This document shows, piece after piece, positions 1-8,636 of a stretch of 12,688 nt of DNA (positions are counted from its first letter, which is position 1; every line of letters begins with the position of its first letter). The position numbers and the translations under genes are program-made. Below the pieces are notes generated by a model, which was not told the DNA's origin, did no database searches, and worked only from the letters and a program-made list of their open reading frames with translations. Source of the stretch: Planctomycetota bacterium (GTDB lineage: Bacteria > Planctomycetota > UBA8108 > UBA1146); assembly GCA_036338595.1 (NCBI GenBank), contig JAYZBV010000103.1:1-12688 (forward strand), in the 5' to 3' direction.

Positions 1-82
1 CCCCCCCGCGCCGCCCCCGCGCCCACCCCCCGCCCCCGCCTCTCTCTTTCTTGATCTCGATGGTCACTTCCTGTGCAGAAAC

Positions 83-1510
83 TCAAACCCCGAGCAACTC
101 GGGGAGCACCTCGGTCAACATCCGATCTGCCTCGGCTGGTGTATTTGCGATGGCGATCACATCGAACTTCCCCGACCGCACCAGGGGCCCGACGTTGTAG
201 AGCAGGAAGTGGCCACTGCCTGTGCGAGCATCGAGCAGTTGGTCGCCGATCCGCTCACAGATCTCGGTGAAGGGGACTCCGATCAGGGCCTCATCGATGA
301 AATCCTGGGCTCGATACGCCGGACGCTCGCCGAGAATCACCCGATCGACCAGATGCATCGGGGTACTGGTCCCGCCCCAGCGACCGTTGCACTCGGTGAT
401 TCTCAGTACTGGATCTTTATCCAGATCCCCGACCACCAGGTGATCGAAGGAACAACGGCCGACATATCCCAGTTGTTGCAATGCAAAAGCGATGGCAGAA
501 GACTGACGGGCGAGTCCGTCGTTGATCGCCCCCGGTAAAGTCGATGGCCTGCTGCCGACGAATAGTTTTTCTTCTCCTTTGAGAATCTGCTCGTAAATCC
601 CGTCGAGCCTCGGAGGTCTGCTTCCCTTCGGCGGGATCCACCACTGTGTAGAGGGTGAAAGATCAGTCTCCTCCCAGACACAGGCGAGGACCTCCTCGCC
701 AGCTGGCCAGTCCATCGACAACAGTGCCTCTTCGACAACCTTGCACAGGGCCTGATCGTCGAGACCTTCCAGTTTAGCGACATCGAAGAGTCTGTTTCCC
801 ATTGCGGATGCACAGCGCGTTCGCTTGATCGCAACCCGCTTGACTCCTGGAAACATCTCGCGCAGATGCTGGGACAGAGTCTGGACATCCTCGGCTGTGC
901 GGGTGAGGACCAGCGCATCCTCTCCCAGCACATCTGCGACCAGTTCGGAGAAGAGAGCCTTGTCATTGGCGATCCAGGTGACAGCAGGAGGTGGCGCGAT
1001 GACCTGGACAGAAACTTCTGCTTCGGCAGATATTCGAGCGGCGAGATCCCAGCCGTCATCAATTCCCATGTAGGGTTCTATCAGCATTCCAGAACAGTCC
1101 CTGGCCCTATCCACGAGTTTCGAAAAAATGGGTTGAGCCAGACAACCGCTGGATACCCGAAGCGGACCACCCGAAGGAAACGAGAAAATGTGCTCTGGTG
1201 ATCCGAGGCCCAATCGATCGCGGCAATACTCCTCATAGCCAGGAGCAGGTTGCGTCACCGTGGCGAACAGATCTCCATCACCACATCGTAACCGTGCGCG
1301 GTGCTGATACTCGTCGACACCCTCGATACCGCTGAGAAAGGGAATCCCCGACACATCGTCGAGGTGTAGAACCGGCCACTCCCGGCGACCATCCCAGTAA
1401 TGAGCAACACGGTCCCTGCAGGAATTCGGCAGTCCGTGTCTCTCCGAATACCGAGTCGTAGCAGCGCAAATCTGCTGCTCGTCGATTCCGGGCGAGTACT
1501 CCCCCGACAT
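83..1510 (-). CDS. ATP-grasp ligase, pre-ATP-grasp/PGM1-like peptide ligase family
   Basis: 475-aa ORF with GGAGG 7 nt before the ATG. ATP-grasp motifs in the expected order: NDKALF, KRTRCASAMGN loop, SPSTQW, EQIL...FVGS, GYVGRCSFD and ECNGRWGGTS (ExNxR metal-binding motif followed by GGT, as in PGM1-type ligases). Confidence 0.75.
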   Translation of the reverse strand: MSGEYSPGIDEQQICAATTRYSERHGLPNSCRDRVAHYWDGRREWPVLHLDDVSGIPFLSGIEGVDEYQHRARLRCGDGDLFATVTQPAPGYEEYCRDRLGLGSPEHIFSFPSGGPLRVSSGCLAQPIFSKLVDRARDCSGMLIEPYMGIDDGWDLAARISAEAEVSVQVIAPPPAVTWIANDKALFSELVADVLGEDALVLTRTAEDVQTLSQHLREMFPGVKRVAIKRTRCASAMGNRLFDVAKLEGLDDQALCKVVEEALLSMDWPAGEEVLACVWEETDLSPSTQWWIPPKGSRPPRLDGIYEQILKGEEKLFVGSRPSTLPGAINDGLARQSSAIAFALQQLGYVGRCSFDHLVVGDLDKDPVLRITECNGRWGGTSTPMHLVDRVILGERPAYRAQDFIDEALIGVPFTEICERIGDQLLDARTGSGHFLLYNVGPLVRSGKFDVIAIANTPAEADRMLTEVLPELLGV

Positions 1511-1604
1511 CTGGTCGCCTCCTGCCGTTTCTGGCTCGCTGACTGGATTTCTCCCCTGAGGTTCCTGACACCCTTCTCATCGGCTGTTTCAGGGTAATAG
1601 TTCA

Positions 1605-1616
1605 CAAAATATTTTG
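1605..1616. promoter_or_regulatory. AT-rich perfect palindrome CAAAATATTTTG in the divergent intergenic region, possible operator
   Basis: 12-bp perfect inverted repeat in an AT-rich patch about 95 bp upstream of the ATP-grasp start. Cognate regulator unknown. Confidence 0.3.
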
Positions 1617-1911
1617 AAACCACGATGGCTGACGGAAGCGGAGGCGGGGCTGCTGGCCTGTTTCCTGAAGGGCAGATCGATATCGGCCCATTCACCTGGC
1701 GCTGGCCTACATGGCACCAGTGCCCCAGTCGTGGGCGCCCGAGGGAAGGCTAAATCCAGCCGCACACTGTAGTTTCGCCTGTCATGAAGAACTTCCAGTA
1801 TTCTCCGATGAGGCCTACCCTGCCGAGGGAATCTCATAGAGGATCCCATCGACCACCAGAACCATCCGAAGGGGATCTACGGATTGCTCTTCCTCTTGAA
1901 AGGTATCGCTC

Positions 1912-3102
1912 ATGCTGAATCGTGCGCTGTGGTGCTGGATCATCACGGCTACCTGTGCTCTATGCCTCTCAACTCAGCCTGTCCTCGCCATGCAGGCGAT
2001 GGAAACTCACTGGAAAAACGGACTCCAGTTTTCAACTCCCGACGGCGAGAACAAGATCTCGATCGGTGGACGGCTTCAGGTTGACTACGGTTTCTTCAGC
2101 GAGGAGAGCGGGGTCGAACTTGAACAGGGTGGAATCGAGATGCGCCGAGCGCGCCTCGGTGCCTCGGGAGTCATCGGTGGAAATTACGAGTTCAAGACAG
2201 AGTACGAGTTCGCAGGTGCAAAAGTCGTGTTCAAGGATGCGTGGATAGGCCTGAAGGATTCGGGGTTTCTCGGCAAGTTCCGCATCGGACACCAGAAGGA
2301 ACCGATGGGACTCGAGACGCTCACCAGCAGCAAGTTCATCAGCTTCCTGGAGCGCAGTTTCACCTCCGCATTCACTCCCTCGCGCAATACCGGAATCCTT
2401 TCCAGTCATCTACTCGGGGAAGAACAGCTTGGCACCTTTGCCATCGGCTTCTTCAAGGATGCAGGTAGCTCGGCAAACTCCCAGGAAGAGGACCAGAGTT
2501 CCGTCACCAGTCGTATCACCTATCTGCCCATCTTCGAGGAAGCGGGCACCACACTTCTTCACCTGGGAGTCTCCGCCAGTACTCGAGACACCACCGCTGG
2601 AATGGTCTCCTACGATTCCGATTCGCTCGCCCATCTGGGAGAGGACCTGGTTTCCGCATCTGTCGTGGCAGATCGCGTCGATCTATTTGGGATCGAAGCC
2701 GCATGGGTGCAGGGCCCCTATTCCCTTCAGGGAGAGGTCGTCACTTCCACCATCGATGACGATGAGGAAGTCTCTGCCTGGTACCTACAGGGCAGTTACT
2801 TCATCACCGGAGAGAGCCGCGCCTACAAGAGATCCTCGGGTTCCTTCACCAGCATCAAACCGATGAACAACTACGGCGAGGATGGCAAGGGTGCCGTGGA
2901 GCTTGCCATCCGCTTCCAGGAGATCGACCTGGAGGAGATGGCTACCGGGGAAAACGCGGAAGCCCTCTCCATCGGCGTCAATTGGCACCTCAATCCGAAC
3001 GCTAGGGTGAAATTCAATGCCATCAGTGCTTCACCGGATACAGCCTCAGATTACGGAAACGATGTCATTTGCTACACATTGAGGTTTGGAATCAACTTCT
3101 GA
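1912..3102 (+). CDS. Phosphate-selective porin, OprO/OprP family
   Basis: Signal peptide ending PVLA. Family motifs IGGRLQVDY, EMRRARLG, FKDAWI, GHQKEPMGLETLTSSKFISFLERS, YLQGSYFITGESRAY, GAVELAIR and GVNWHLNPN. C-terminal Phe of an outer-membrane beta-barrel. GAAAGG RBS. Confidence 0.92.
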   Translation: MLNRALWCWIITATCALCLSTQPVLAMQAMETHWKNGLQFSTPDGENKISIGGRLQVDYGFFSEESGVELEQGGIEMRRARLGASGVIGGNYEFKTEYEFAGAKVVFKDAWIGLKDSGFLGKFRIGHQKEPMGLETLTSSKFISFLERSFTSAFTPSRNTGILSSHLLGEEQLGTFAIGFFKDAGSSANSQEEDQSSVTSRITYLPIFEEAGTTLLHLGVSASTRDTTAGMVSYDSDSLAHLGEDLVSASVVADRVDLFGIEAAWVQGPYSLQGEVVTSTIDDDEEVSAWYLQGSYFITGESRAYKRSSGSFTSIKPMNNYGEDGKGAVELAIRFQEIDLEEMATGENAEALSIGVNWHLNPNARVKFNAISASPDTASDYGNDVICYTLRFGINF

Positions 3103-3150
3103 TCGATGTTGGGATTCTCATCCGGAGGGAAATTCGGTAATAATCCAGCA

Positions 3151-3210
3151 GGGAGCGAGTGGGTTCGTCTCCCCTACCCGGGGCCAGTTCGAATTGGGCC
3201 TGTGCTTGTT
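3151..3210 (+). terminator. Tandem hairpins between the porin and DUF47 genes, possible weak terminator or mRNA-stabilising element
   Basis: Stem GGGAG-CGAG/TTCG-T-CTCCC (3151-3173), then GGCCAGTTCGAATTGGGCC (3182-3200) followed by TGTGCTTGTT. Confidence 0.3.
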
Positions 3211-3233
3211 CGTAACAGAAACCAGGAGAACTG

Positions 3234-3908
3234 ATGCGTACCATCGCCAACCTGTTCGGAAAATCTCCGTTCGTGCCACTGCAATCGCACATGCGCAAGG
3301 TCAGCGAATGCATCGATGGCCTCGGTGAACTATTTCAGATCTTCGTCAACGAAGACTTTGATTCCATCGGAGAAATCGCCCGTAAGATCTCCAAGACGGA
3401 ACATGAAGCGGACCTGGTCAAGAACGACATCCGTAATCATCTGCCCAGAGGCCTGTTTCTGCCGGTCGATCGGGGCAAGTTGCTGGAGATCATCTCGACC
3501 CAGGATGAAATCGCCGATACCGCAGAGAACGTCGCCGTTCTCTGTAGCCTCAAGAGACTGCCCGTTCCCGCAACAGTAAAAGAAGTTTTCCTGGAGTTTT
3601 GCTCGAAGAGTACCGAGTGCTTTCAACTCTCCCGCGCAGTGATCGAGCAACTCGATGAATTGCTAGAGAGCGGTTTTGGAGGAGTGGAAGCCGAGAAGGT
3701 TCGAGAACTGGTTCATGCTGTAGCGGTAAAGGAACACGAGGTCGATCTGTGCCAGCGAGAGTTGCTACGCATCATGTTCGATTCGGAAGATGTGCTCAAC
3801 TATGCTGAGTTTCACCTGTGGTTGAGGATCTTGTCAGAGATTTCAACCATCAGTGACCTGAGTGAAAACCTGGCGGACAAGGTCCGTACCACACTGGAGA
3901 TCAAGTAG
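3234..3908 (+). CDS. DUF47/TIGR00153 PhoU-like phosphate transport regulator (Pit accessory protein)
   Basis: N-terminal LFGKSPFVPLQSHM. Duplicated acidic motifs EHEAD...QDEIADTAEN and EHEVD...ISDLSEN, plus HLPRGLFLPVDR. AGGAG RBS. Lies directly upstream of pit, the canonical arrangement. Confidence 0.93.
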   Translation: MRTIANLFGKSPFVPLQSHMRKVSECIDGLGELFQIFVNEDFDSIGEIARKISKTEHEADLVKNDIRNHLPRGLFLPVDRGKLLEIISTQDEIADTAENVAVLCSLKRLPVPATVKEVFLEFCSKSTECFQLSRAVIEQLDELLESGFGGVEAEKVRELVHAVAVKEHEVDLCQRELLRIMFDSEDVLNYAEFHLWLRILSEISTISDLSENLADKVRTTLEIK

Positions 3909-3979
3909 AGAAGCAATGATCAGAAATAGTTTCTCCGCTCAACTGATCCATTCAGTTCTGAAAGTGACCTGAAGGGCCC

Positions 3980-5431
3980 ATGGAACACGCAGATACCTTG
4001 TGGGCACTGGCTGGAATCTTCGGATTCTACATGGCGTGGAACATCGGTGCCAACGATGTGGCCAACGCCATGGGCACATCGGTCGGCTCGGGCGCACTCA
4101 CTCTCCGCAGAGCGGTGATCGTTGCTGCAGTTCTGGAATTTTCCGGAGCTTTCCTTGCCGGTTCTTCCGTTTCGGAGACGGTCCGTAAGGGGATCGTCGA
4201 TTCCGATATGTTCAGCGGCGATCCCATCGCCTTCATCTGCGGGATGCTGGCAGCACTACTGGCAGCGGGAGCGTGGCTACAGATCGCCTCGTACTATGGC
4301 TGGCCAGTCTCCACCACTCACTCCATCGTTGGTGCCATCATCGGTTTCGGAATTCTGTACGCTATCGAAGCCCCTCCCGAAAAAAATCTCAGTTGGACCA
4401 CGGCAATTCACTGGCCCAAGGTCGGGCAGATCATCTCGAGTTGGGTGATTTCGCCGCTGCTCAGCGCTACGATCGCCTACATCACCTTCAGGCTACTTCT
4501 GAGGAACATCTTTTTTCAGAGGAACCCTCTGGCGGCAACCAAGAGGCTCGCCCCACTGCTGGTCTTCATCGTGCTCACGATCCTGACACTGACGATGGTC
4601 TTCAAGGGACTCAAAAATTTCGACCTCGACCTCGAGCTGGGTCCGGCTTTGCTCATCGCCATGGGAGTCGGACTTGTCTCTGCCATCATCGCCGCCGTTC
4701 TCGTCCGAAGGATAGAGGATCCCTCTGAAGAGGATTCCGATAATTTTCATCGGATGCAATTTCTCTCGAATGCCCTCACGAAGGCCAAGAAGCACCTTCG
4801 CCGGGTGAAAGACGTTTCCGATCCCTCGGTACAGAAAGAAGTGGAACAACTGATCGATCGAACCGAGGCTCTGACCACGACGATGGAACGGGAGAAGGGT
4901 CCTACCGATACCCCTTCCCTCAACAAGGTCGAGAAGATTTTCGTCTACCTGCAAATCCTGAGCGCCTGCTTCGTCGCATTTGCACATGGTTCCAATGATG
5001 TCGCCAATGCCATCGGCCCCCTGTCGGCAGTTCTGCAAACGATTGCAGATGGTAAGGTTGCACTCGAATCAGCGGTGTCGCCAGAAGTGCTGGCGCTGGG
5101 CGGACTGGGAATCGTCATCGGTCTGGCAACCTGGGGCTGGCGGGTGATGGAAACGGTCGGGCGACGCATCACCGAGCTGACTCCATCTCGAGGATTCACC
5201 GCTGAGTTCGCAGCTGCGACCACGATCGTCCTGGCCACCAAACTCGGGTTGCCGATCTCGACCACCCATACGCTGGTGGGAGCGGTGGTCGGAGTTGGCC
5301 TGGCCCGAGGAATGGGCGCACTGAACCTGAATACGGTCCGTGACATCGTCATCTCCTGGGTAATCACCGTTCCAGCCGGAGCCATATTTGCGATGATCTT
5401 CTACAAGATCCTGATGGCCTTCTTCGGCTAA
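3980..5431 (+). CDS. pit: Inorganic phosphate transporter, PiT/PHO4 family
   Basis: Both PiT signatures are present (GANDVANAMGTSVGSG and HGSNDVANAIGP), as are PVSTTHSIVG and PISTTHTLVG. Many transmembrane segments. Confidence 0.95.
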   Translation: MEHADTLWALAGIFGFYMAWNIGANDVANAMGTSVGSGALTLRRAVIVAAVLEFSGAFLAGSSVSETVRKGIVDSDMFSGDPIAFICGMLAALLAAGAWLQIASYYGWPVSTTHSIVGAIIGFGILYAIEAPPEKNLSWTTAIHWPKVGQIISSWVISPLLSATIAYITFRLLLRNIFFQRNPLAATKRLAPLLVFIVLTILTLTMVFKGLKNFDLDLELGPALLIAMGVGLVSAIIAAVLVRRIEDPSEEDSDNFHRMQFLSNALTKAKKHLRRVKDVSDPSVQKEVEQLIDRTEALTTTMEREKGPTDTPSLNKVEKIFVYLQILSACFVAFAHGSNDVANAIGPLSAVLQTIADGKVALESAVSPEVLALGGLGIVIGLATWGWRVMETVGRRITELTPSRGFTAEFAAATTIVLATKLGLPISTTHTLVGAVVGVGLARGMGALNLNTVRDIVISWVITVPAGAIFAMIFYKILMAFFG

Positions 5432-5448
5432 TCCAACAGGGAGCACTG

Positions 5449-6291
5449 ATGCGTGTCGCCTCATTGTTTTGCATCCTCTGCCTTTGCGCTTGCCGTTCCT
5501 TCACACCATTGACATCGAATCCGGGTCTCGAACTGGTGAACTGGAACACCTACCACCTGTTCGATCACCAGGTGCACACCGATTCGGCAGCTGCGTGGCT
5601 CGCCGCCGAGCAGCCCGCGATGGTCGCTCTTCAGGAAGTCTTACATGTCGACTCCGCTGGATTGGCGAAGCTTGCTGCGAAATGGGGGCATCCCTACGCA
5701 GTGATGCACAAGGAGAGCGGCTACCCGGTGGCGCTCACCAGCAGTGCGCCGATCGAGGTGGTCGAACGTCGTGTCGCCGGCTTCCATCACGGCTACTTGC
5801 ACGCGCGTACCCATGGCTTCGAGATCTTTGTCGTTCACTTCTGGCCAGGCAAGATTCACGAACCGAAGCACATCGCCGAACGCGCACGTGATCTGGCATC
5901 AAAGGGAAAGCGCGTTCTTGTCGTTGGAGACTTCAACGGTGAGATCCGCCACGATCACGAGTATCTGCTCAAACAAGGCCATCTCGGCAAGGTCGTCGAT
6001 GGCGTGCGGACCTTCGACTACCGGATCACCGACACATTCCTCGAGAGCGGCTTTGTCGATCTGACTCATGCTCACGCACCCGCGGCCAGGTACACCTTTG
6101 GCTCTCCGGCGCTGATCCCGCGCTGGCGCAAGGATATGGAGGACGTCCATCGGACGCGCAGACGGATCGACTTCGTGTTCGCCGATCCGGCGACCGCCGA
6201 GCGCGCTCTGTCAGCGCGCGTCGTCACCGACGATTCGAGTGTCGGTCTATGGTCGGATCACTACCCCGTCGGCGTCACATTCGCACCGTGA
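5449..6291 (+). CDS. Endonuclease/exonuclease/phosphatase (EEP) family protein, probable lipoprotein
   Basis: EEP catalytic motifs NWN, ALQE, VVHF, GDFN, YTF, RIDFVF and SDHYPV. Short hydrophobic N-terminus with lipobox-like LCAC. AGGGAG RBS, 17 nt after the pit stop. Confidence 0.88.
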   Translation: MRVASLFCILCLCACRSFTPLTSNPGLELVNWNTYHLFDHQVHTDSAAAWLAAEQPAMVALQEVLHVDSAGLAKLAAKWGHPYAVMHKESGYPVALTSSAPIEVVERRVAGFHHGYLHARTHGFEIFVVHFWPGKIHEPKHIAERARDLASKGKRVLVVGDFNGEIRHDHEYLLKQGHLGKVVDGVRTFDYRITDTFLESGFVDLTHAHAPAARYTFGSPALIPRWRKDMEDVHRTRRRIDFVFADPATAERALSARVVTDDSSVGLWSDHYPVGVTFAP

Positions 6292-6311
6292 GTGTCGAAC
6301 CGTTCGGACAC
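6292..6311. terminator. Hairpin between convergent genes, possible terminator
   Basis: GTGTC-GAAC...GTTC-G-GACAC immediately after the EEP stop codon. No clear U-tract. Confidence 0.25.
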
Positions 6312-6334
6312 CCGTAACCCGCGCAGTGCTTCCA

Positions 6335-8461
6335 TCATTTGCGCTTCAGCGTGAAGTCCTTGATGGTCGTTCCTTTTCCGCCTTCGTGTGTGAACCTCAG
6401 AATGTTCATCCCCTTGGCCAGCGTGATCTCGACCGGTTCCGTCTCTTCCCACATGCCGACAGTGAAGGGCAATGCGATGTCGATCGGTTCCTCAGCACCG
6501 TTGGCAGTCACCAGCAGGTGCTGCTTCCAGCTGGGCGTCACCACTCTGGCGCTGAGCGCATATTGCCCGGCAGTCGGCGCATCGAAGGTGTACTCGAAAG
6601 ATTCGGCCCCTCTGAGCCGGCCATAGTGCAGCTGCTTACCGCCCAGATTACTGTCCATGAAGGCGATCTTTGCCGTGTTGTTCGTCGGACTGCTGCAGGC
6701 CACGGCAGGAATCGTGATCACTCCGTCGCGGCTGACCGTGATCTTCCGGTCCTCTTCGGTGACGGTCGCTTTCTTGACCTGTTCCTGCACACTGGATTCA
6801 TTCGCTTCACCGATGTCCGTACCGACCGCTGCCAGGGCCACCGCCTTGGCCTCTGCAATGATCTGCCGCTGCTTGTAGAGCGCCACGCCATGCCAGAAGT
6901 CCGGATCTCCGGAGAGGAACCCGAAGACCTGCTTCTCTCCGACTACGTGACCGACCCACTGAGCCCGCTTGACCTGCGGAAATGCCTCAACCACTTCGCG
7001 CGCCTGCGTGTTCGCGAGGAAATCGCGGTCTTTCTGATAACGTGTCTTGGTCCAGCCAGCTCCCCACCCGCCACCGAGGCAGACCACCCAGCCATCCGGC
7101 GTCCAGTGCGCCAGGGCGGCATGACCGCGCTGGGGACGTGCCGTGGTCGGGACTCCGAAGGAGCGCAAGATGAAGCGCCCGAAAAAGGCACGTCGACCGC
7201 AGACCCCACCGTTCATGAGGATGTTCTGAAAGAACTGCAGCTCGGGCAGATCGTACTTGTTGTCTCCCGACCCGTATTTGACCTCGGTCCTGACCGCAGC
7301 GACATAGCGCCACCGGTAGTCGGATGTGGAGATATGATCGGGCCGATAGTTGCGCAGCATCTCGCGCCCCCAGATCAGCGTCTCATCCGGCTCTTCGCCG
7401 TTCACGACCATCCGGTAGTCCCATACGCTCAACTCCTTGAAATAGGGATCCAGTTCATCGGCCAGGTAAGCGGTTTCATAGTGCAGGTATCGCTTCACCG
7501 GATCCACTGTCGCCGGCGCATCGGGTTTGCCTGTGGCGTTTCTCTGGGCAATCGGTACCGCATGCTCCAGGCTGATCGCCAGCGCTAGCCTCTGCATTTC
7601 GCCGCGCTTGGCCTTCCTACTCGCCTTCTGGATATCGGCATAGATCTGCATCGCCATGCCCACCTTGCCGTCACGGGCTCCGTCAGCGACCGCCATCTGA
7701 ATCATCAAGTCATCATCTCTGAGGACCTTTGCGATCAGCTGTTTCTGCTTTCTTCCCCGCTCTGCAAACTCTGCCAGCCCCCGCGGTGTCGCCTCGGACA
7801 GGAGACTGTACTTCGCCAGCTTGGCATCCAACTTGTCACTGGTGAGGAAATCTCCCAGATCGAGTCCATCGAGTGCTTCCAGCGCATTGGCCTGCGCCTC
7901 GACCAGCGCATTCTCGGCCGCCTCGAGATCCTTGTTCCATTGCGGCTCTTCGAGTTTTGCCCTGTCCAACGCTGCCTGACGCTCCTCGAGTGCTTCGACA
8001 CCCGCTTCCCTGTTCTCTTGCCACTTCACCAGTTCTAGTTGCGCCGCCTCGCGTTCGGCTTCGGTGGTCGCTTTCTTCAGCATCTCCTGCGCCTTTGCGA
8101 TGCCCTGGTCCGCACCGCCGATCCACTTGCCCTTGGCATGGCCCACCAGACCTTCCGCCTGGCCAACCTTACCCAGGTTCTCCTGCGCAGCACCCAGTTG
8201 CGCTACCGCAGATAATTCTGCGTCACGGGCTTCCAGGTAAGCCGCTTTCTTCACTCCAGCGATGTTCGGCATCGCCTTCTCGATTTGCGCCTTCAGGATC
8301 TGGAGTTGACCGTCAAACTTCGCTTCCAGCTCCCCGTCCTGCTCCGCAAGTACTGCCGGCACGGCCTCTTCCAGTTTGCCTCTTGCTGCCCAGACACTCG
8401 AGATCCCGAACATCATCACGACCAGCACCCAACAGAAACTTCTCAGTGTCCTGGATCTCAT
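6335..8461 (-). CDS. Secreted ~708-aa protein: coiled-coil N-terminus, transglutaminase-like Cys/His core, C-terminal CBM6/CBM35-like beta-sandwich
   Basis: Start revised from 8500 to the ATG at 8461, which has an AAGGAGG RBS and begins a signal peptide (MRSRTLRSF...SSVWA). Ala/Glu/Lys-rich helical region follows. Core motif GGVCGRRAFFGRFILRSFGVP...GHAALAHW..DGW. C-terminus FEYTFDAPTAGQYALSARV...W.....VEITLAKGMNILRF...IKDFTL is typical of galactose-binding-fold CBMs. Confidence 0.8.
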   Translation of the reverse strand: MRSRTLRSFCWVLVVMMFGISSVWAARGKLEEAVPAVLAEQDGELEAKFDGQLQILKAQIEKAMPNIAGVKKAAYLEARDAELSAVAQLGAAQENLGKVGQAEGLVGHAKGKWIGGADQGIAKAQEMLKKATTEAEREAAQLELVKWQENREAGVEALEERQAALDRAKLEEPQWNKDLEAAENALVEAQANALEALDGLDLGDFLTSDKLDAKLAKYSLLSEATPRGLAEFAERGRKQKQLIAKVLRDDDLMIQMAVADGARDGKVGMAMQIYADIQKASRKAKRGEMQRLALAISLEHAVPIAQRNATGKPDAPATVDPVKRYLHYETAYLADELDPYFKELSVWDYRMVVNGEEPDETLIWGREMLRNYRPDHISTSDYRWRYVAAVRTEVKYGSGDNKYDLPELQFFQNILMNGGVCGRRAFFGRFILRSFGVPTTARPQRGHAALAHWTPDGWVVCLGGGWGAGWTKTRYQKDRDFLANTQAREVVEAFPQVKRAQWVGHVVGEKQVFGFLSGDPDFWHGVALYKQRQIIAEAKAVALAAVGTDIGEANESSVQEQVKKATVTEEDRKITVSRDGVITIPAVACSSPTNNTAKIAFMDSNLGGKQLHYGRLRGAESFEYTFDAPTAGQYALSARVVTPSWKQHLLVTANGAEEPIDIALPFTVGMWEETEPVEITLAKGMNILRFTHEGGKGTTIKDFTLKRK

Positions 8462-8636
8462 CAATTCGATTCCTCCTTGAAAGGTGCTTCTGTCAGCCAC
8501 GGCGGGTGACCTGAAACTGAGTTATTCTGACAGGTTGGCGGTTCTTCAGTGCGTGTCCATCCACACTCCCGGCACCCGCAAGCCACGCGTGGTTACAGAT
8601 GCACCATAGTGTCCCCCATCCACCTCTCCAGTCCAA

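Noticed and set aside
1..50. C-rich low-complexity tract (G-rich on the minus strand, G-quadruplex-like)
   Set aside because: It lies at the window edge and is unlike the rest of the sequence, so it is most likely a contig-end poly-G sequencing artifact. A possible downstream GTG start at 67 (MTIEIKKER) runs into it and cannot be evaluated.
1520..1600. Glycine-riboswitch-like words upstream of the ATP-grasp gene (GCCGATGAG...AACCTCAGG on the minus strand)
   Set aside because: The conserved GGAGA/CCGAAG/CTCTCAGG core and the required stems are missing.
6239..7588. 449-aa + strand ORF
   Set aside because: Antisense shadow of the 708-aa gene, with no recognisable motifs or RBS. Such shadows are common in GC-rich coding DNA.
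8462..8500. Upstream start of the 721-aa ORF given in the track
   Set aside because: This stretch contains the AAGGAGG RBS for the ATG at 8461, which begins a proper signal peptide.
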